The position numbers and the translations under genes were made by a program. The notes under the pieces were generated by a model. It was not told the origin of the DNA. It searched no databases and saw only the letters and a program-made list of their open reading frames with translations. Positions 39,804-50,351 of a DNA stretch of 64,000 nucleotides are shown here, piece by piece; the first letter of the stretch is position 1; each line of letters opens with the position of its first letter. The DNA is from Mobula hypostoma. Its lineage: Eukaryota. The stretch spans positions 62,002,001-62,066,000 of the forward strand of contig NC_086097.1 in the NCBI RefSeq assembly GCF_963921235.1, given 5' to 3'.

Positions 39804-40335
39804 CACTCAGTGGCCAATTTATTAGGTACACCTGTATACCTGCTCGTTAATGCAAATACCCTGTACCCAGTCAATCATGTTGCAGAAACTCAATGCACAA
39901 AAGCATGCAGGCATGGTCAAGAGGTTAAATTGCTGTTCAAACATCACACTGGCAAGACATGTGATCTAAGTGACTTTGATCTTACCAGGCGGAGTGGTTT
40001 GAGTATTTCAGAAACTGCTGATCCCCTGGGATTTTCACACAATAGTTTCTGAAGTCACAGAGAATGGTGCAAAGAAATAAAAAAAAATCCATCCAGTGAG
40101 TGGCAGTTCTGTGGGTGAAAATGCAATATTAACGAGCGAGGTCAGAGGAGAATGGCCAGACTGGTACAAGCTGACAGGAAGACAACAACAACTCAAATAA
40201 CCACACGTTACAACAGGAGAGCATCTCTGCATACACAACGCATCGAACATTGAACTGGATGAGAAGCCAAAGACCACACTGGGTTCCACTATTGTGACCA
40301 CTCTATCAGGTACATACTACTAAATGTACACTAGT
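39804..40335 (+). mobile_element. Tc1-like non-autonomous transposon with N-terminal transposase remnant
   Basis: TA followed by cactcagtggccaatttattaggtacacc TIR. DLSDFD...GLSISETADPLGFS resembles the Tc1 HTH region. Right TIR degenerate. Confidence 0.85.
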
Positions 40336-41057
40336 TGTGTTTCCAGCACTTTTTTAAATGTCAGATTTCTAACATTATCAGATTTTCTATCTTCATTCAG
40401 GTCTTCTATATATTTGTCCATGCTAAATCAACTCGCCGCTGATTTCATGTTCATTACACTCAAATGCCACATAATGAAACTTTTTTGTAATCTTTCTTTA
40501 TATACTGTAGTTCTTCTGGTATGACTTCCATTTTATGCAAGTCGTAGTGTCTCTGATGGAAGTGTTTCATGTTTTAATTTGAATTGGTCAAATGAATCGT
40601 GTTTTGACCAAAATTCCTTTTCAGTTTCAGAGAGTATGTCCATTCATATAGTTGCATGGCTGAAATTCAACTGGATGTGTGTGTCAGTTCAAAGATTTAA
40701 GATTCAAAGTACATTTATTATCAAACTATGTATGCAGTATACAACCCTGAGATTCACCTTCCCAGTTAGGTTCCAGACAGTTAGTACACAGACAAACCAA
40801 TCTTCCTGTGACAACATTTTCAGAAGGACCTGTCACCTCTCTTGACACTTGGTTTCAGATTCCAAACTTATATCTCTCAACAAATGTTTCCCCTGTTTTT
40901 TTTAATTATTTCACTGAAATGAACAGTGAACACCAGTTAAGATTACCAATGCCATATTGGTGTCTGATCCTACTTCCCATTACAGATTACTTTCTTGCAT
41001 TTGCATCCTGCCCCATTGTGATTGTTTCTACCCTCACACTTTACTTTGACAATGTTA

Positions 41058-41250
41058 CATATTTATTCAGAGATACAGCATGAAACAGGTCGTTCCAGCC
41101 CGACGAACTGCACTGCCCAGATACCCACCTACCTAACGCCAGGCTGATCACAGGACAAATTACAATGACTAACCAATACAAGTTTAAAACGTGGGAGGAA
41201 ACCGGAGCACCTGGACGTAACCCATGGGGTCACAGGAAAGACGTACAACC
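41058..41250 (-). mobile_element. V-SINE fragment
   Basis: gtgggaggaaaccggagcacctgg...acccatggggtcacaggaaagacgtacaa is the reverse complement of the V-domain. Confidence 0.8.
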
Positions 41251-41294
41251 TGGCTGCTGTTTGGTACTGTCTGCCACATCCACAGTTACTAGAC

Positions 41295-41800
41295 TGTCAG
41301 TACCTCCAGTTGAACTCTGTCTTTTTGTGTGTTTCGCCCTGGCCGTCAGTCTGTGGTTTTGTATTGCCATGTGCTCTTGTTTGTTTTCATGCCCTATGTG
41401 CTCCTGTCCCTGCTCCTGCTCTACTCCGGCCCCTGTATTACTGAGTACTCCGCCTCTCACCTGTTTCTCATTATTACCTGTATTGCTGCCACTTGTGTCT
41501 CATTGTGCTCCACCTATCATCTGCCTCTGTTTAATGCTCAGTGTATTTTAGTCCTGTGTTTTCACCTATTTGTTGCCAGATTCTGCCAGGGAATTTTCCT
41601 GAGCCTTTCCATCTGAACTCTGTCTGAATATCGACTCTGCCTGTTTCCCGATTCTGGTTTTTGGATTTCTCTGGATGTTTTGATCTCTGCCTGAACTTTG
41701 ACGCCAACTTTGTTTGCACCTCGGGATTTGTTACTCAATTAATATCCCTGTGTGCATAGTACTGGGTCTGCGATTGGATCCCTGCTCCAGGGTCCTGACA
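41295..41800 (+). mobile_element. Intact solo LTR (506 bp), same family as 25193
   Basis: TGTCAGTAC...GTCCTGACA ends. End-to-end similarity to the split copy. Confidence 0.88.
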
Positions 41801-42347
41801 GTAAACATGTTTTTATTCAAAACAAATTTGCAGTGCTATTGTTGTTCTCTTGTACTCAGGTTTACACCTCAGAGTTGCTGCGGTTAAACAAGGGCTTCCC
41901 AGACTCATCTTACCAAGGCAGCAATGTGGTCAGTTTATGTCCCTTGACGATATCACTTTGAATAGTTGTGAATCTCCGGCGTCCCATCTTTGATGTCGGT
42001 GTAGTGTATGTCTGCTCTGTTTGTCGATAGTTTGTTCCATATGCATGCAATTACATGTTGAAACAAGAATGAAAACAAGTTGTGTTAGATTATTCAAGGG
42101 CTCATCACAGATTGCTTCTTAAACTTTACACACACTTTAAGTCCCAAGAGAAGTCCCACATGACACAATCCTCAGAGACAGCTTTAAAACAAATATCCAG
42201 ATAATTATCATGTAGGAGAATTACACTTCAGTACCATGAAAATAATTCAAGCATTTTAAAAGTGCTTATAAAGTAAATATTGATCAACTTTAGCATTTGT
42301 TTCTGGCGAAGTTAGAAAGATACACAAAAAAAAGTGGGTATCAGATG

Positions 42348-42520
42348 CAAAATGCTGGAGGAACTCAGCAGGCCAGGCAGCATCTATGGAAAAGAGAAAA
42401 CAGTCAATGTTTCAGGCTGAGACCACTGTATTCTTTTCCACAGATGCTGCCTGGGCTGTTGAGTTCCTCCAGCATTTTGTGTGTTACTTGGATTTCCAGC
42501 ATCTGCAGATTTTCTCGTCT
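42348..42520. mobile_element. Miniature palindromic Penelope-end element
   Basis: ~55-bp inverted arms 42348-42404 and 42425-42479 around a half-hammerhead spacer. Confidence 0.82.
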
Positions 42521-42635
42521 GTGACAAAAGCGTGTGAACTTTGCAATTACCAACATCTGAAGGAGGGATAATGTTTTAGGAGACCTAGCTGCGTTGATGA
42601 AAAACAATAAGTGAACTTGCATGATTAATATGGAC

Positions 42636-42707
42636 AAGCCTCATGTTGTGCCTCCTCGCTGGTGAGACTTGGAAACTGTACTCCTCTCAGACTCAGGATG
42701 AACTATA
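42636..42707 (+). ncRNA. HDV-like ribozyme fold, probably inactivated in this copy
   Basis: P1 aagcctc/gagactt (6 of 7 pairs). P2 tgttgt/actata (5 of 6). P3 gcc/ggt. L3 tcctcgct. P1.1 cc/gg. P4 tcct/agga. J4/2 reads tga(a) where cga(a) is expected. Confidence 0.72.
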
Positions 42708-43114
42708 GAGGGCAGGGAGGAGGTCTGGCCCCTGCCCATGTAACATGCAGGCCCACTAGTATGTGGACACACCCCGGTGCTCATGAACCAGATCCCCTGC
42801 TTTGGGTAAATAGTCCCACTGCCTTGTGGGCAGCCTCGGGAGAGACAAAGGCTACGGGAGTAAACCCAGACAGTAAATCTGGAGTGGAGTCCCTAAGGCA
42901 GCTGGATATCATTGAATGTCCTACCAGTAGCTCCTGCAGCCATGCTGGTCCCAAATGTATTGCTTCATAATCTTTCTTTTGGACTACACTGGTGAGGAAG
43001 AGAGGGGGGATCTTCACAACTGGGCATCTCAGGATCTCCGTATCTTATGGCAAGGCTTGTGATGATCACCATCATAACCCATTGTCCTATGGGACTGATG
43101 GATGCCAACCAGCC
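42637..43114 (+). mobile_element. Non-autonomous RTE-derived element (5'UTR-like head fused to RTE-like 3' tail)
   Basis: TSD atatggaca (42628-42636 / 43115-43123). RTE-5'UTR-like actgccttgtgggcagcctcgggagagacaaaggctacgggagtaaaccc. 3' stem-loop gtcctatgggac, then tgatggatgcc and a short ccaa/ccag tail. Confidence 0.75.
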
Positions 43115-43915
43115 ATATGGACATCTTCACTAGATGAAGGGGACGGGAGTGGAGAGAGGAAGGCAAGATGCTTTCAATGTCTTAGCACATGACTGCTCTT
43201 CATAGTTGCCTTACCACATCACAACTCAACAGATCAATAATCATTTAACTCTTGAGGCTAATATATTACATTTTAACTGCTAATAGTCTCAAAACCAGCA
43301 AAACAACAGTGAATTTAATTTGAAGAAGCCATGGAAAGAGAGTCTCCAGCACTGACAAGGAAAAGTGCTTCATGGTGGATTGCTATATGCGTTCGATACC
43401 GAAATCAATCTTTGCAATGAACAACTCACAGTTTGTCCTTACCTGATGCACCTGAAATCAAACCCAATTACTGTGGCTTGCAGCTATTTATGTTGTTGGA
43501 TGTATACAATTAGTTTCTTTAGGTGAAGTGAAAGTGACAAATGCCTAAGGAGGGAATTTTACTTTTCTTACCTGGCAAAAATCAGACAGAATGGGTTGAA
43601 TATCTTGCTCCAATCCTTATCGGTGTTGAATTTGGGATTAATTGAGATGTTCCACTGAGTTAGCAGGCAGCCTCTTACATTTACCCTAATCAGACTCATC
43701 CAACTTAATATATCAATAGTATTTAAAAATAGTATATGGTATTTTAACATTGCTAGCAATTCCAGTATTTATTATCAGTTCTTAATAGCCTTTAGAAAAA
43801 TTGGCTCTGAGCCAGCTTCTTGAACTGCTGCATTCCTAGTGAATATATTCCCACAGTACTGTTAAGGTTGAAGTTCAAGATTTAGTACGAGTGATGACGC
43901 AGAACCAGCAATATA

Positions 43916-44755
43916 CAGTGGATACTGGCTAATTTGGATCTATTGAAACAGAACATTCTGGTCCTATTGAGCCACTGCCCCACTGGTCAAAGTTTCATGG
44001 AAACAGTTAAAAAGGCATAAGAAGGACAAACTACTGTTTAACAGTAAAACAAAAATATATATGTATACAACTGAAAAACAGAACATAACTAATATGAAAA
44101 CAGTGCTACAAAACTGTATTAGTTGCTAATGCACATCAACAGAGGAATACATCCAGTGTACTCTGCTGTGCTCTTTCGATTGACACAGACATCTAGTATA
44201 GATAATAGACTGCCTTCATACAAGTCTTTCGACGATTGGATCCTCCAAATCCTCATCATCATTTCAAGAAGGTTATTGATATCTTCAAATTTACATGTTG
44301 TAGATGCTAACATATTGAAATAGTGAAATTATTCCATTTTCACTCTCACCCATTTGTGACATCTTTAAGCCTGAATTCCGGAAACTGCAGTGAGCAGATC
44401 AGCTCTGAATTGTCTAACTGCTTATTTCTCACCAACTATCAGTGACAAAGATCGTTGCTATTTGAACACAAACACACACAAGTGATGCTATTTTAAAAAC
44501 CACTCACTCTAAGCACAGTGTAGTGTCTAATGGCCACACAAGTGTACACGACTGATGTTAGTTAGAAACTGCTTGGCAACAGCCTCCTGTCCCAGTTACT
44601 GCAGTCATATTGGTGGTGTCCTAATTTGTTCTGTATTTCAGTTAATTGGCACAGTATCCAAAATAAACAAAGGGAATACTCTCTTAGTTTTTGTTCTTTA
44701 AGAGTTGTCCCAAATTAGCGGCTACTCTAATGGCCCAATTAACCACAATCAATTG
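43916..44755. mobile_element. Pogo/Tigger-like non-autonomous DNA transposon
   Basis: TA|cagtggatactggctaattt ... cccaattaaccacaatcaattg|TA: imperfect ~22-bp TIRs with TA TSD. Confidence 0.75.
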
Positions 44756-44968
44756 TACTTCCAAGTTAAGATGGTGTGCAACTTGAAGGGGAACCTATGT
44801 ATGATCATTTTCTCACATATATACTACTTTTATCCTTGGTGAAAGATGGAGGTTGGGAATTACTGTTGTAATCAATGCTTCCACCAAAAAGAGGTTACAA
44901 ACCGTGGCCCTCATTACAACCTGGTGTCTATGAATAGTGGCTTACACTGCAGTAACTAAACATTTCTC

Positions 44969-45741
44969 TGTTACATATCCCATGAGCATGATGTAATTAT
45001 CTTGTGAGCATTATGTCATTATCTCGTGATGGGCATGATGTAATTGTGTCGTGACCGTGGGGTGATGTTATGTCACGTGATGGCATGTTCCAAACAGTAT
45101 TTAAACAAAGCCTGCCAATGTGACGCAGTTCTCATTTTTATTTGTAGTGCAACGTTGTTGTTGCCAGTCAGATGTTTGGAGACACCACCGGTTTTGTTTG
45201 TTGCACATTTATTTTTCCCTTACAGTCCAGTATAGGAGAATGAAGGCATCACCAGAGTTATCCAAGCAAAGGATTGGGTAAAGTTAATGTCGTTCAGCAT
45301 CCTGGGAATGATCGACTTTTTGAATTCGTTCGGGAATTGCGGCTTGCACATTTGAGTTAAACCCCTGCAAGGTCGGGAAGGTTTGTGCAGTGACCACTCT
45401 CCAGTCAAAAGGTCAGAATTTCTTCGTGGTTCCTTCGGCCAAGCCGTCTCTCGGCTGTGATTGGCAGATTCGTCATTACTTCGAAGGAATCGTTGTTTCG
45501 GGGAAGTCTCTCCTTAATGATTGTATAAATCACATGGACATTTGAATTTACCACTTTAAGTCTGTGCTTGGATGAGAACTTGTTAAGAACAGATTATAAA
45601 TTTGACTGTTTATTCAATATAGTCGCCTAACTGTTAACTTCCGGTTAAGTTAGTCGTTCATTTACTTTTCGATGTTTTGAGCAGAGGTTAATAAATGTCA
45701 TTTATTTTATAATTCATCTCTGTTGCTGTTGATTTATAACA
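44969..45741 (+). mobile_element. Solo LTR (773 bp), relatively young
   Basis: TGTTA...TAACA ends, perfect 4-bp TSD tctc, TATA-like tatttaaa at 45098, AATAAA at 45690, many CpGs retained. Confidence 0.9.
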
Positions 45742-46084
45742 TCTCAAGGGAACCAAGTTGCCCAGTTGAATTCCTTACCAAAAAGAAAGTGCCCAGCTCT
45801 ACGATCTTACATTGCAATAAGGGGAAAATTTTAATACTATGTGGTGTAATCATAATTTTTCTTCATCTACATGAAGTATTATTACATTGGTTCTTCTTTG
45901 ACAGGGAAACCAAATGTCAAACAATTTTGTGCCATTCTCCAGATCAGTTAAGTTGTTCATTTAGGTCTTCTTTTACCAATCAACCAGCAGCCATACTTTA
46001 GGGATCTTCAAGAATATATACTTTGCACCTTCCTCTGCCCCATCTTCAGGCTCACCCTCAGCAACAATATCTATTAAACTATGG

Positions 46085-47137
46085 TAACACACACAAAATG
46101 CTGGAGGAACTCAGCAGGCCAGGCAGCATCTATGGAAAAGAGTACAGTCAGTTTCTGGCTGAGATCTTGCATCAGGACAAGTTCACTGGCAGGCTTCCAG
46201 TGCAGTGGCACTAGGATGTAGAACAGAACATCGAATAGTATTGCAGACATCATCTCTTCACAAGTGGAATGGTCTAACACATAGCATTAAAGGGCAATGA
46301 TGGAATGACTTTTTTTTAGATTATGAGGAAACACAGTCCTCTTTTATTGTCATTTAGTAATGTATGCAGTAAGAAATGATACAATGTTCCTCCAGAAAGA
46401 TATCACAGAAACACAAGACAAACCAAATCTAAAAAAACTGACAAAAACAACATAATTATAACATATAGTTACAACAGTGCAAAGCAATATCGTAATTTGA
46501 TAAAGAACAGACCATGGGCACGGTAAAAAAAAGTCTCAAAATCTCTTGAAAGTTCCATCATCTCACGCAGACAGTAGAAGGAAGAGAAACTCGTTTCCTG
46601 CCATGATCCTCCAGCACCGCAAACTTGCCGATGCAGCACCCTGGAAGCACCTGACCTCAGCCGACTCTTGAGTCCGTCCGAAAACTTCAAGCCTCCCACC
46701 AGCCCTCCGACACTGAGCACCAAGCACTATCTCTACCGAGCGCTTCGACCCCGGCCCCAGCAACAAGCAATAGGCAAAGCCGAGGATTTGGGGCCTTCCC
46801 CTCCAGAGATTCTTGATCGCACAGTAGCAACAGCAGCGAAGCAGGCATTTCAGAAGTTTCTCTAGATGTTCCTCCGTGCTTCTCACGTCTGTCTCCATCA
46901 AATCAAGATTGTACCTACTTAACAAATACGATATCATTTTGGAGTGGCCGCGCACGCTGCATCGCGCTACCATCTTCTCCTCCACCCACTTGCACACTGT
47001 TATATCATTAAGAGAACGGTCTTGGCCTGAAATATTGACTGTTTACTCTTTCCTATAGATGCCGCCTGGCCTGCCAAGTTCCTCCAGCATTTTGTGCATA
47101 TTACTTTAATTTTCAGCATCAGCAGATTTTCTCCTGT
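46085..47137. mobile_element. Penelope inverted-end pair (46085-46178 minus; ~47013-47137 plus) enclosing non-PLE sequence
   Basis: Arms are reverse complements of each other. TSD-like ctattaaacta/ctactaaagta (9 of 11). Confidence 0.75.
46311..46990 (-). mobile_element. Non-coding non-autonomous retroelement with Rex1-like 3' end
   Basis: Minus strand starts ggagaagatggtagcgcg, CpG-rich body, ends caataaaagaggactgtgtttcctcataatct plus an A tail. Confidence 0.65.
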
Positions 47138-48499
47138 CTACTAAAGTAGAAACAGCTTTCATGTGTACACTGCTGACATCCAACTCCAGCCCTTCACTTT
47201 TTCTCTCAAACTTTCTTTGCCCTCACTTTGGTTGTTTACAATCAATTTCTCCTTCAAACACTGAAAAAATACAAGGCCTTTGTCTTCATCTTCACCTCAA
47301 AACAATGACCCTTGCAACTGTTTCTTTCCTTGACCACTATCTAAGAGTAAACCAGCTTGTTAATTTCCTTGGCATCCTCATTGTTCTTGACCTGATTTGT
47401 AAATCCCATGTTCTTTCCTGCCTTTCTCCATTCTGTCTCCCCCGTTCCTATGCTTACTAAAGGCTAGCTTTTCACTCTAGGCCACTGAAGATGGAGTGAT
47501 GGGTAGATGCTAAAGAATGGGCTGAAGGGCTTTTCCTGTTCAATACTATTCTATGTTCTGTTCTACATTCTAATTCCACTTACTGCACTGGCAACCTGCC
47601 AATGGGACTGTGCTTCATTACTGATGGATTCTCGAGCCCAATTATCTCAGGGGCCTTCGGATAATCACTTCTTTTCTGCATTTATATGATGCTGAAGAAG
47701 TGCTGAGGCACAGCCTTAGGTCATTGACCTTGGATGCATAGAAAACACTCCTGTTATACTTCCCTAATGATAACAATGTGTAAGCCATTCCATAATTGCC
47801 CTTATGTTACATAGCAGACCACTTTAACCGTGTTGAGATGTCTGAAGCCAGAGTTCTCTAGATATTGTTTCTACTCATTTTTTGCATTATCAAACACAAA
47901 ACACTCAAAATGTTGGTTCATTTAAAAGCAATTAATCCATTTTGAATTCAATGTTGATCCATGAAGCATAAGCAACAAGATTTTAAGAGCCATTTTCCAA
48001 GTGTCTCTTTTGTGATCTCAGGAAGACTACATGTCTACACCTAAAAAAAAATAAATGTCTCCTTTTGTTCCTGAGTCTGCAGAAGTGCAGCCAGGTGGCC
48101 GGCCTTTCATCAGGGGTACAATACTCATTCTTTTTCTCATAGACAAGTTACCCACCTGATACATCAAAGCACATTGACACAGCTCTGAAACCATTCTTAA
48201 CATGATAGCCAGAGGCAGGCACACTGCAGTTCAAATCCACTGCTCATATGGAATGTAAAGCGATGGTTTCTTTATGCTTCCCGAATGCTGATTTGAGGCG
48301 CCATAGGGAAAATGGTCTTGATTTAAGATCAAATACACCTTGCAAAGTGTAAGATCTTTATGTGTGCTTGTCAGCTTCATAATATTTAATAATCCTTTAA
48401 GCTCTTTTGGTGACAGCAATGCATGACATCAACAAGTGTATTTATAGTGCATCTTCCATGTGATAACGCTCTCAAACTAAAAATGCTGATACTGCCCTA

Positions 48500-49090
48500 A
48501 TACATTGGCACAATTAAGATGTTACTATCATGCTCTAAAGGCAGGCACCCTGTTATTGGAAAGACATTGTTAAACTGGAGACAGTGCAGAAGAGATTTAT
48601 GAGGATGTTGCATGAACAAGAGGCCTAGATAATAGGGAGAGGTTCGCTATTCCTTGGAGCTTAGGGGAATGAGGGATGATCTCACAGAAGTTTTTAAAAT
48701 CATGAGGGGTATGGATAAGTTGAACAGTGAAAATTTTTCCGCAGGGTTGGCAAGTTCAAAACTAGACGGCACTGATACAAGATAAGAGGGGAGAGACTTA
48801 AAAGGAACCTGAGTGGTAACTTCATTACACAGAGGGTAGTGAGTACTTCAAATGAGTTGCCAGAGGAAGTGGTCGGAAAGAGATGCAATTGCAACATTCT
48901 TTCTTTCTTTTTTTTAATTTATTAATATTTTTATTGGTTTAAAAGGAGTATAAATACAACCAAGTGGAGAGAAACATTCAAGGGACATATGGACAGGTAC
49001 ATAGAAGAGAGGGGTTTGAAGGATTATGGGCCAAATGTGGGCAAATCGGATTAGCGGGGGGATGCTGCAGTCGGCATGAGCCAGTTTATG
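48500..49090 (+). mobile_element. CR1 3' fragment
   Basis: KDIVKLETVQKRFMRML and MRDDLTEVFKIMRG motifs. Confidence 0.85.
48900..48972 (-). mobile_element. 73-bp extremely 5'-truncated L1-type insertion
   Basis: AATAAA plus A/(GAAA)n tail on the minus strand. TSD aacattc (48893-48899 / 48973-48979). Confidence 0.7.
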
Positions 49091-49433
49091 GTTGCAAAAG
49101 TGCTAACTTTTCCCTTCATCTGGATACAGAGAAGCCATCACCTTAGGCTTTGATAACAAAACGTGATCTCCATCCAGCCACTCCATCCCTCATCCATCAT
49201 TTGTCTGAAACTCAAACATCAGATTCATGCAGGACTGGAGCACCTATCATTAGAACTCCTGGAACTTCCGGTAGCGCTCATGGAGTGAAGTCGCGTTCTT
49301 GACTCGCTCCATTACCTCTGAGTTTTTTCTCTCTATGGTCAGCTATACTTTAATTAACTATTAAGGCATCAATTTTTACAATACTTTGAATTAAACTGAA
49401 TTCTCTGACAATTGGATGATACTGAGATCGGCT

Positions 49434-50351
49434 ATGTCTAAGAACGGGAAAGACGGCAAGGATGGTAAACCTCCGGTTAAACCGAAAGCTACGGATCTCC
49501 CTCCGACTGAATCACCGGTGACTTTGAAAGCGATATCGGAGTTAATTCAGAGGGAAATTTCAACCTCTGTTAGGGAGATGATTCGTACAGAAATTATGGG
49601 CTTTGTTAAAGACCTGATTCATACGGAAATCTCAACTAAGTTCCAGAAAATTGCCGATTTAATTGATAAGATGCAAACATGTATTGCGGAACATCAGTCG
49701 GCTATATCTGATCTTCAAAAATCCGCGCAACAAAGTGAGCTTAAGATGGGGAAAGTCGAAGAAACAATTAATGTAATGAAGAAGAAACTTGACTTTTTGA
49801 CTTTTAAAAACTCTGACTTGGAATCTAGAATGCGACGGCAGAATTTACGAATGATTGGCGTCAGGGAAGCCGTGGAAGCTAACAACCCTATGAAATATTT
49901 CTCCCAACTTTTAAAAGATGCATTCCCTACTGTATTTCCTGACCAACCACCGCTACTGGATCGTGTTCACAGAATCCCATCATACTCGTCTAGGTCAGAT
50001 AGACCTAGGCATGTTATCTTACGTTTTCATTACTTTCAAGACAAGGAGAGACTGTTTCGATTCGCTCGATCTAAAGGTTTCATTGATTTTTCGGATCTTA
50101 AGTTCCGATTCGTGGAAGATTTCAGTAAACCAATCTGGGACCAACGGGTCCGTTACAGATCCGTGATGTCGGAATTCTATAAGATGGATTTAAGACCAGC
50201 GCTGCTGTACCCTGCACGTCTAAGGATTCGCATGTTAGATGGAGCCCTTCGTTTTTTTGATTATCGGATGCCCAGAGTTATCTGGATCAACTTTCATCTT
50301 CAACATCTTAATTGCCTTTTTTTAATTTTCTCCGTTGATCGGAGGCTGTGA
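49434..50351 (+). CDS. L1 ORF1p (coiled coil, RRM, CTD); likely frameshift at ~50262, ancestral stop probably 50309-50311
   Basis: DLESRMRRQNLRMIGVRE, LDRVHR, RPRHVILRF and ALLYPARLRI motifs. The alternative frame after ~50262 reads SDAQSYLDQLSSSTS*. The start could also be 49416. Confidence 0.88.
   Translation: MSKNGKDGKDGKPPVKPKATDLPPTESPVTLKAISELIQREISTSVREMIRTEIMGFVKDLIHTEISTKFQKIADLIDKMQTCIAEHQSAISDLQKSAQQSELKMGKVEETINVMKKKLDFLTFKNSDLESRMRRQNLRMIGVREAVEANNPMKYFSQLLKDAFPTVFPDQPPLLDRVHRIPSYSSRSDRPRHVILRFHYFQDKERLFRFARSKGFIDFSDLKFRFVEDFSKPIWDQRVRYRSVMSEFYKMDLRPALLYPARLRIRMLDGALRFFDYRMPRVIWINFHLQHLNCLFLIFSVDRRL

Noticed and set aside
25193..41800. Two same-family, same-orientation LTRs read as the ends of one provirus
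   Set aside because: No gag/pol, PBS or PPT is seen between them, and each copy has its own matching flank pair. They are independent solo LTRs.
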